A program made the translations under genes and the position numbers. The notes beneath the pieces were generated by a model. That model worked only from the letters and a program-made list of their open reading frames with translations. It searched no databases and was not told the origin of the DNA. 64,000 bases of DNA from Balamuthia mandrillaris (taxonomy: Eukaryota). Position 1 is the stretch's first letter, and the number at the start of each line of letters is the position of its first letter. This document shows, in pieces, positions 41,675 to 50,709 of the stretch. Location: the NCBI GenBank assembly GCA_031835245.2, contig JAVKOQ020000067.1, positions 1-64,000 on the forward strand. The letters run 5' to 3'.

Positions 41675-41746
41675 TGGTTCCGGCGAGTGTTGATCTCGCG
41701 ACCTTGAGCGTGTTAGGCTCACGTGCTACCGTTGCACCACGGAACC
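41675..41746 (-). tRNA. tRNA-Val (anticodon AAC)
   Basis: Reverse complement folds as a cloverleaf: acceptor GGTTCCG/CGGAACC-A, anticodon arm TGAGC-CTAACAC-GCTCA, T arm GCGAG-ATCAACA-CTCGC. An oligo-T terminator follows. Identical to the copy at 53756. Confidence 0.85.
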
Positions 41747-42287
41747 GCTTCTTGCCTTCTGCTTGCGGAAGGTTAGTTCCACGAACGGAGCTCGAGCCCT
41801 GTGCCCTCTCTGTGCTAGTTAGTGTTTGAGGGTGAGTACGGAGTTGTGGTGTTGTGGTAAAATTGCGACAGTGGATTGGAGGAACTCCTTCGGAGTTCTG
41901 GTCGGAATTTTTGAGGAGAGGTGGTTTCTTGGGCGCTCTAAGAAGTTTATTCTTAGTGCGCGTTTTTCTGAAGTTTAGACGGACGTAGTTGGCGTTCGGC
42001 TCAACTTGTGGGTGAGGTTCTTCCCGCCCGCCCACCCTCTCTGCCCATCTCTGGAGATGCGTAGGTTCATTGAGGTTAGGCCAATGTGTATAGGCCTGTA
42101 GGTGCCTTTATTGAGCGTAATAAAGGCTCCTGAGGAGGGAGCGCGCTTCTATCAGCTTCTCTGCATGGTGAGAGGGCCAGGGCTCGGCGTAGTGGGGAGT
42201 GGAACGTGGATAAATTGCCTTTCCACTTGTGTCTCAGTTCTTTGATCTGACGATGATTAGTCAGGAGCCTTTGGCTGTAAAGGCCAT

Positions 42288-44528
42288 TCATTGTGCATTC
42301 TCTAATGCGATTGTATTATTTTGCACATAATACTCATCCCATATCTTCTTGTACTCCTCAAAAGCAGAAGGCAGCCAGGGCTTCCGCTTGCCATTCCAAT
42401 GCAGCACCTTTGCCGACTGGATGCTCTCCTCCGAGACATCGTTCCTCCATCCCAGGTCAACGACGTTCCATTCTTGCCCGAGCTGTTGCCATTGGCCGTG
42501 AAACACCACGATGAGAAGAGGTTGCGTGGCAAACATCCAGAGGTCCTCCTCTTTGTTCCTTTGCTCAATCCACCAAAGGAACTCCTCCTCCACCTTCCTT
42601 CTCCGCCACTTTTCCAGGTCTGCCATGAACACCCCTGCATTGTACGTTGCTTCCTCGGGGTCGTACCGTTTCTTTCCGTACCGACTCTTGAACAGCTCTT
42701 TCACCCGAGCATTGTTCACCGCACTTCTCAGTGGTTTGCCTGCTTGAGGAACAGCCGCCAAGGATGTGTCTTTCCCTTTCATCGAGGTGTGCCAGAGCTC
42801 GCGCAGGTCTCCCAAGACCAAGGTGTCGCTGTCCAACCAAATGACTTTCTTCAAGGAAGGGAACAACACATGCAAGAACAGACGAGCGTAGTTGCTCTCC
42901 TCGTTCAGCTCCTCGCGGTACTTGTTGTTCAGCTTCTCCTTGATGCTCTTCTCCAAGTGGAACACTGTGACCTCTACCGGAGGACATCCTTCGCACAGAA
43001 TCTCTTGACCCACAGCCCAAAGGGCCTCCTCCCCTCCTTCCCCGTCCTTCTTGTTGCACAGGATGACGTGCACCATGACGGTTTGTGGGTGAGGGGTGTT
43101 CTTCCCGATGGAGCGAAGCAATGCCAACAACCCCGCCTGGTATTCCTTGTTCACCGCCACCACCACATGAATGGTGTCCAACGTCTTCACGTCCTCTGGC
43201 GAGACATCGCACACCTTCGTATTCCATCGTTGTCCCTCATTCTTCCCGTCCACCAGGGTCTTGTCCACCCCAAAGTATTCAAAGCAAGCCGGATGATCCT
43301 CTTGTTGCATGACCATGTTTCGAATGGTGGCCTTGTCTCCGTAGTTCCCATTTACACCTGCCACCCGCTGGACCATCCCCTCCACCCTCACATCCTCCAA
43401 GTGTGCAAAGCGAGGTCCTCCGTTGTCCACGCAGTTCCCACAGGACCTGTAAAGAGCACCATTGTGTCCTTTGGCGGTGAAGCCTCCCGTCACAATGACC
43501 TTGCTGTTCTTGGAGTTGTGTTGGAAGATCTTGTCCGGGCGGTCTCCCCACCCCCCTTTCCCGTTGAACGCCCATCCTCCTTTGATGGTCATGGTCCCGC
43601 CTTCCGCCGCTTGCGTGGCGGCGTCCTCGCAGATGTCCTCCCACACCACGTTCTCCAGGGTGCAATCCCCGCTGTCGCAATGGATGCCGTCCGCCCCTCC
43701 GTCTGCTGCCAGGCGGAGGTTCTTCAAGGAGGCGTTCTGCAGGGTGATGACCGCGGGTTGGTCCTCTTGGTCGCCCGTGCAGGAGAGCCCCACACGAGCC
43801 CCTCCGCAGTCCACCGCCTCGTCTCGAAAGACTGCCCCCGCCACGCATCGAGGGTTGGGTTGAAGCATCGCCACCCGTTGGTTGTTGTGGCACTCCACCG
43901 GAAGAACAAGTGGAAGAGGAAGAGGAAGAGGTGATTGGTTGTTGGGGTGGTTGTGGGGGTGGATGGTGAGGCTGTCGATGAGGAAGCCAGAAAGGTCCTG
44001 TGGGGTCTTGTTCTCGCTGGAGGCGTGGAGGACGATGCTGTTGACGCCCGTTTGCAAAGTTGCGGGGAGCAAGACGGTCCGCCAGGAGGAGTGCTGCGTG
44101 GCTTCCATGTGCAGCTGAGCAACCGCTCTCCAGTTGAGGAGAAGGGAAAAAGAAAGGGCTTGGGAAAGAGAGGAAGAATAGCGGAACTCCAAAGTGTGGC
44201 TTTGCCTTTCAGCGGCGTGAACTTTCCATTGGAAACGGGCCTGATGAGGGTGCTCACTGTGAACATAGCCGCTGGCGGTGTAGCCTGCAAGGACGTTGTC
44301 CACCTTCATGAAGGGGTCAAGGTGACAGCTGCCAGGATAGTTTTCTTGCAGCTCCAACCTTGCCGCATTGCCGTTTGAGAGGGAAGAAGAAGAAGAAGGA
44401 GGAGAAAAAGAAGAGGGAGAGGTGAAGAAGGGCCCGTTCCAAATAAAGAGCTGGAGCAGCAAGGCAAGGCACGCCAAGAGGGTGTAAAACAAACGTCGGT
44501 TGCTGCCCGGCCGCAACATGGCAAACAT
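42288..44528 (-). CDS. Copy 2: signal-anchor + CBM35-like + PL3-like + GT8 fusion (746 aa, intronless)
   Basis: Same architecture as copy 1, with near-identical PL3 and GT8 regions; PL3 motif reads GALYRSCGNC. Confidence 0.88.
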   Translation of the reverse strand: MFAMLRPGSNRRLFYTLLACLALLLQLFIWNGPFFTSPSSFSPPSSSSSLSNGNAARLELQENYPGSCHLDPFMKVDNVLAGYTASGYVHSEHPHQARFQWKVHAAERQSHTLEFRYSSSLSQALSFSLLLNWRAVAQLHMEATQHSSWRTVLLPATLQTGVNSIVLHASSENKTPQDLSGFLIDSLTIHPHNHPNNQSPLPLPLPLVLPVECHNNQRVAMLQPNPRCVAGAVFRDEAVDCGGARVGLSCTGDQEDQPAVITLQNASLKNLRLAADGGADGIHCDSGDCTLENVVWEDICEDAATQAAEGGTMTIKGGWAFNGKGGWGDRPDKIFQHNSKNSKVIVTGGFTAKGHNGALYRSCGNCVDNGGPRFAHLEDVRVEGMVQRVAGVNGNYGDKATIRNMVMQQEDHPACFEYFGVDKTLVDGKNEGQRWNTKVCDVSPEDVKTLDTIHVVVAVNKEYQAGLLALLRSIGKNTPHPQTVMVHVILCNKKDGEGGEEALWAVGQEILCEGCPPVEVTVFHLEKSIKEKLNNKYREELNEESNYARLFLHVLFPSLKKVIWLDSDTLVLGDLRELWHTSMKGKDTSLAAVPQAGKPLRSAVNNARVKELFKSRYGKKRYDPEEATYNAGVFMADLEKWRRRKVEEEFLWWIEQRNKEEDLWMFATQPLLIVVFHGQWQQLGQEWNVVDLGWRNDVSEESIQSAKVLHWNGKRKPWLPSAFEEYKKIWDEYYVQNNTIALENAQ

Positions 44529-45149
44529 CTTTCCGTTCTTTCTTACCCCACCTACTTTGTTCTTGCGTTACGCCCCCTTCCTCCCTCTGTTGCCTGACGG
44601 AGTAAAATGTCCGGGGATGCCAAATGTGCTGGCCGGCGGTAGTTGGGAGAAAAATTTGACGGCAGCTCTGGACATATTTTGCCCTCGACCCTCCTCGCAC
44701 CGATGATCACATATGATGATCTGATCACGTTATTGGTGCGCGAAGAAGGGCAAAAAATGTCCAGAATTTATACGCATCGACGGCCCAGCTGACACAAAAG
44801 CAAGCGACTCCTTGCAAGGGGGGGACAAGACATAAGAGGTTCCCTTGTTTGCCTGCCCTCGGCGCTGAGCACATCGGACGCAGCTGAGCCCTTTTGCTTC
44901 GCGTGGTTGGCGGCTCCTAGGAGAGTAAATAAACGGTGTTATTGCATCGCACAAAAAAAGAGAAGAAAAGAAAATAAGAAGAGCAAAGAGAGGAGAGAGG
45001 AGCGGAGACGGAGGAAACAGAGGCGACAGGAGGAGGTTGGTCCAAATACAGAAGAAAAAGAAGATGGATAGAGGATCGAAATGATGAAGAGTCCGGCTGG
45101 GAACAGTTTTATTGTCGTTCCTTGTGAACGGTGCACTTTCTTGGCCGAT

Positions 45150-46390
45150 TCAGGCAAGAGAAGATGCTTTGGCGTTTCTGGAGGTGGCTCTCTTGGAGCG
45201 AGCATTGCCTCCACCGGGCCTTCCTTTGACTTTCTTCCCCTCTCCCAAAAAGTCGATTTGTTCTTGTGATATCTGCGTAGTTCCATCATCAGAAAGAAGA
45301 AAAAGGAGAGAGAGAAGCACAAAGAATACATACACCCCAAGCTTGGCTGGAAATGATCTCTGTGACATCGTTCAGCACGTCTCCTTGAATATCAATTGTA
45401 CCATCCTCCGCATTGACACTGGCTCCACAACCTAACTTCTTTTTGAACAGGGAACTGGCGTCCTTCAGGTTAACACCTGTAGGTTGTAATAAAAAGAGAG
45501 TGAGTCAAGGTACAAAAGGCTAGAGAGAGAGAGAGAGAGAGAATGCGAGAACAGGACGCCCAAAAGAACGAGAAGAGAGGACAGAGAAGGGCGGGGAGAG
45601 AACTAACCAAATGTTCCTAACCCTGTGATCGTGGTAACAAACTTGCGTTTGCCTCTTTGAGACCGGAAAATGCCAACCATGGCATCTTCTGGCGGTCCCT
45701 ATTGCGGTTGAGCAAAAAAGAAAGAGGATGAGCGATCAAAATGACCAGCGTTGCGCTGCCCAACAGGGTTGAAGTCATAACTAACCTGGTCTTTCTTCTT
45801 TGCCTTTGCTGTTCCTTTGCCACCTTCAGGTTTGTGATTTAGAAAATAGAGAGAGAGAGAGAGAGGAGAGAGGAGAGAGAGAGAGAGCAGATCGGAGACA
45901 GAACGAGACAGAACAAGAGCAGAGCAACAAGTGAGACAAACGCATAAACAAAGAAGCAAGGAGCTTTTCCGTACCTCGTTTCTGTCGCTTCTTTTCGCCT
46001 TCATCCTCCCCTTCCGCTCCCTCTTTGCCCTCCTCTGTGCTTTCCCCCTTCTCGCCTCCCTCTTTCTCCTCCAAGATCTCTGGACAGTGCTCCCTCAACC
46101 ACGGCTTGCACGCTTCAAAGTCTGGTCCGTACTCACAGAACTCTGGAGGCAAACCACAAACTGTTGGCCAGCAGCACCCAAAAATAATAATCAATCAATC
46201 AATCAATCATTGGATTAGCTTGTCCCGAGTGGAAGCTTAGAATAGAATAAGAAAACACACACACACCTCCACAGTAAATAACGGTCTTGGCAACAAGTCC
46301 AGTTGGTGCAGCCTCACCGGAGGACGTTTCCTCGGCAGAAGTAGCAGCTGCAGCAGGGGTGGCCTCGTGAGCCGTCGCGGTGTCTTCCAT
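45150..46390 (-). CDS. DENR: Density-regulated protein (DENR/Tma22, SUI1 domain), multi-exon
   Basis: VIYCG|VCGLPPEFCEYGP..EACKPWL, RGKRKFVTTITGL.TFGV.LKDAS..FKKKLGCGASV...IDIQGDV. Confidence 0.9.
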
Positions 46391-47699
46391 CGCTCTCTGT
46401 TCGCGTAGCAGCTGGGTTGCTTGTCGACAAATTTCCAGAAAAATTTTTTACCGTTTTTTTCATTTATTCAATTTTTTGTTGTTATTTTTCGAATATTTGT
46501 CTGCAAAAAATGACAAGAGAGAGTAAAATTCAAACCACCTATCGAAAATCAAACAAACACACAAACGAAAAAGGAACGCGAAAGGCGAGCAGAGCGCTGT
46601 AGTGGGCTGACATCCAGGAATTGTTGGCGATCGCTGGGCTGACCTCAACAACACTAACCACAACGCCAAACGCCAACGGCAAGCTATAACAACAACGGCG
46701 GCCAACAACAAACAATCTGTTGGGAGGTGGAAACAATCACCATGGCAATGACAACAACATCGACGAGGATGTTTTTGAAAACCTTCTTCGACGATGTTGG
46801 ACGCTCACGAAGCTGCCTGACCCAGAACTTTGGGGTGGAGAGCATCGCTGCCATGTCATTGCTGAGGCCAAGGCCGCAAAGGAAGGATCGACCAGTGGGA
46901 TCGACTTGGCCCGAGTGGTCACCGACGTGTCCCATTGCCTCTTGCTTGTTTCCCCCCGCAACACATGGCCAAAGACGAGAACTTCTTCACCCACATCCCA
47001 ACTCTCTGGAACACAAGGAGATTCCAAGGTCGATAGGGTGGTTCACGAGAAGCTCTCCGTGCCATTGCTTTAACAGAACACACGAAAGAAAGCATTCTTT
47101 TTTTTTTTTTTGTACAAAGAGGCTTGGTTGGTTTTGACTGGAGCAGCAACTGCTTGTGAGGCCATTGGATGAGCGTGCTGGTTGAAGTGGAATAGCGGGA
47201 GAAGAGGGCCACGGGATGTCCAGAGAAGGAGGTGTTCGAGAAGGAATGCCCTTTTCAATGGAAACAGCCAGCCGGGAAAACAATACATCATGCGAGGTCC
47301 TCGCATTCGACGATAGAACGCAGCGACGTACGAAGCTGGACTTCGGGTGTGTGTGGTAAAAGTTGTGACTGTCTGGGTGCTCGTTCCGGAGATGAAAACA
47401 AATGAAAGCAAAACTAGTTTCTTGCAAGAACAGCAAATAGAAAAGAAGAAAAAAACACAGAAACACAACAAAGAAGCAGCGAATGACGGGAAAAGGTCTT
47501 TGTTGGTTGTTTTACGCCGCGAAAGTGCTGTGCTATCGGAAGGGCGTCTGAGAGGGAGCGTTTGGACGACGAACAAACGCTCCCTCTCTTGCAGTTCAGC
47601 GGTGGGTCTTTCTCCGTTGAGCGAGCGATGAGGACGTGCTGGGGAGTGAAGGTAATTGGCTGTGCCGCTTCCTTTCTTGCACCGTTCATTGTTCATACT

Positions 47700-49914
47700 C
47701 TAATGCGATATTGTATTCTGCACGTGGTACTCATCCCATATCTTCTTGTACTCCTCAAAAGCAGAAGGCAGCCAGGGCTTCCGCTCTCCATTCCAATGCA
47801 ACACCTTTGCTGACTGGATGCTCTCCTCCGAGACATCGTTCCTCCATCCCAGGTCAATGACGTTCCATTCTTGCCCGAGCTGTTGCCATTGGCCGTGAAA
47901 CACCACGATGAGAAGAGGTTGCGTGGCAAACATCCAGAGGTCCTCCTCTTTGTTCCTTTGCTCAATCCACCAAAGGAACTCCTCCTCCACCTTCCTTCTC
48001 CGCCACTTTTCCAGGTCTGCCATGAACACCCCTGCATTGTACGTTGCTTCCTCAGAATCGTACCGTTTCTTTCCGTACCGACTCTTGAACAGCTCTTTCA
48101 CCCGAGCATTGTTCACCGCACTTCTCAGTGGTTTGTTTGCTTGAGGAACGGCCGCCAGGGATGTGTCTTTCCCTTTCATCGAGGTGTGCCAGAGCTCACG
48201 CAGGTCTCCCAAGGCCAAGGTGTCGCTGTCCAACCAAATGACTTTCTTCAAGGAAGGGAACAACACATGCAAGAACAGACGAGCGTAGTTGCTCTCCTCA
48301 TTCAGCTCCTCGCGGTACTTGTTGTTCAGCTTCTCCTTGATGCTCTTCTCCAAGTGGAACACTGTGACCTCCACGGGAGTCGCACAGAATCTCTTGGCCC
48401 ACAGCCCAAAGGGCATCCTCCCCTCCTTCCTCATCCTTCTTGTTGCACAGGATGACGTGCACCATGACGGCTTGTGGGTGAGGGGTGTTCTTCCCGATGG
48501 AGCGAAGCAATGCCAACAACCCCGCCTGGTATTCCTTGTTCACTGCCACCACCACATGAATGGTGTCCAACGTCTTCACGTCCTCTGGCGAGACATCGCA
48601 CAGCTCCGTATTCCATCGTTGTCCCTTCATCTCGCCGTCCACCAGGGTCTTGTCCACCCCAAAGTATTCAAAGCAAGCTGGATGATTCTCTTGTTGCATG
48701 ACCATGTTTCGAATGGTGGCCTTGTCTCCGTAGTTCCCGTTTGCAAGGGCCACATATCCAAGCTTTCCCTCCACCCTCACATCCTCCAAGTGTGCAAAGC
48801 GAGGCCCTCCGTTGTCCACGCAGTTCCCACAGGACATGTAAAGGATGCCATTGTGTCCTTTGGCGGTGAAGCCTCCCGTCACAATGACCTTGCTGTTCTT
48901 GGAGTTGTGTTGGAAGATCTTGTCCGGGCGATCTCCCCACCCCCCTTTCCCGTTGAACGCCCATCCTCCTTTGATGGTCATGGTCCCGCCTTCCGCCGCT
49001 TGCGTGGCGGCATCCTCGCAGATGTCCTCCCACACCACGTTCTCCAGGGTGCAATCCCCGCTGTCGCAATGGATGCCGTCCGCCCCTCCGTCTGCTGCCA
49101 GGCGGAGGTTCTTCAAGGAGGCGTTCTGCAGGGTGATGACCGCGGGTTGGTCCTCTTGGTCGCCCGTGCAGGAGAGCCCCACACGAGCCCCTCCGCAGTC
49201 CACCGCCTCGTCTCGAAAGACTGCCCCCGCCACGCATCGAGGGTTGGGTTGAAGCATCGCCACCCGTTGGTTGTTGTGGCACTCCACCGGAAGAACAAGT
49301 GGAAGCGGAAGAGGAAGAGGTGGTTGATTGTGGGGGTGGATGGTGAGGCTGTCGATGAGGAAGCCAGAAAGGTCCTGTGGGGTCTTGTTCTCGCTGGAGG
49401 CGTGGAGGACGATGCTGTTGACGCCCGTTTGCAAAGTTGCGGAGAGCAAGACGGTCCGCCAGGAGGAGTGCTGCGTGGCTTCCATGTGCAGCTGAGCAAC
49501 CGCTCTCCAGTTGAGGAGAAGGGAAAAAGAAAGGGCTTGGGAAAGAGAGGAAGAATAGCGGAACTCCAAAGTGTGGCTTTGCCTTTCAGCGGCGTGAACT
49601 TTCCATTGGAAACGGGCCTGATGAGGGTGCTCACTGTGAACATAGCCGCTGGCGGTGTAGCCTGCAAGGACGTTGTCCACCTTCATGAAGGGGTCAAGGT
49701 GACAGCTGCCAGGATAGTTTTCTTGCAGCTCCAACCTTGCCGCATTGCCGTTTGAGAGGGAAGAAGAAGAAGAAGGAGAAAAAGAAGAAGAAGAAGAAGA
49801 GGGAGAGGTGAAGAAGGTCCCGTTCCAAATAAAGAGCTGGAGCAGCAAGGCAAGGCACGCCAAGAGGGTGTAAAACAAACGTCGGTTGCTGCCCGGCCGC
49901 AACATGGCAAACAT
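47700..49914 (-). pseudogene. Copy 3 of the CBM35-PL3-GT8 fusion, frameshifted at ~48378
   Basis: An 8-nt deletion (AGGATGTC, in the ILCEGCPPVEV codons of copy 1) splits the gene into ORFs 48298-49914 and 47700-48434. A hAT element lies 24 bp upstream of the ATG. Confidence 0.8.
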
Positions 49915-50709
49915 CTTTCCGGTCTTTCTTACCCCCCCTAAAGCGGACCAATCTGGCGGTCTACAATAAAAGGCCTTTTTAGGGCAAATAGTCGACTAAA
50001 AATACCTAATATAAGCTGACACGTCAGCAATTATCGATGATTTAGCTCTATTTTGGACTGCAAAAGCTGTCACGAGGACAACACAAAAGAAATCAAAGCC
50101 AACAGTAGTAGGCCTTTCTTCGGTGGGAGCAGGGAGCAAGCACAATAGTATTTTTTTTTTACATTATCCGCTATGTTGCTTCATATGACCAACCGCCAAC
50201 CAAGGTAGGTTTGAGGCCATGTGAAATAATACAGCGCATAATATAAAAAAAAAACGGAAGACCTTGTTTGATGGCAAGACCAACGAACCCTGAGAAAACC
50301 AGGACAGGGAGAGAGATGGTAGCCCCTAAACTCTGAGCGTATCTTTCAATAGAAAGACAAACTCAACATCTACTGAAGCGATCAAGTACTACTAGGGACA
50401 GTTTACCCTGGGCAAAAAGTATAGTAGTCGCATGGTATGTACTTCATGTAGAGACCATTTCCTTGTACTTCTTTACAAAGTAGCCATCTTCCTTATGTTA
50501 AACACAAGGACCTACCAGGTAGGTGTGCATGAGAGCATGTTGTTTGTTATTGTGCTTCCTTAATGAGTCAGTCTAGCCAACCCACCAAGGAGGACAACAA
50601 CCAACACACCATGATAGATGTAGTTAGTATAGCTTTTGGTGCAAAAGGGGGTGGAATTAAGAGAAACTGCCACTTTACCTGAGTACAGTGAGCAGCTCTG
50701 TTGAGCTCT

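Noticed and set aside
41112..42035. 307-aa minus-strand ORF
   Set aside because: It runs through the tRNA gene and overlaps copy 1 antisense; likely spurious.
46417..47696. Several overlapping ORFs between DENR and CAZyme copy 3
   Set aside because: No coherent gene model or motif could be supported; possibly a decayed gene or repeat.
40169..49755. Long antisense ORFs (40169-41176, 42321-43934, 48289-49755) over the CAZyme genes
   Set aside because: Shadow frames of GC-rich coding sequence with no recognisable motifs.
50318..50326. GGTAGCCCC resembling the right end of the RAG-like element
   Set aside because: Lacks the adjacent 24-bp block and lies inside the hAT element; probably chance.
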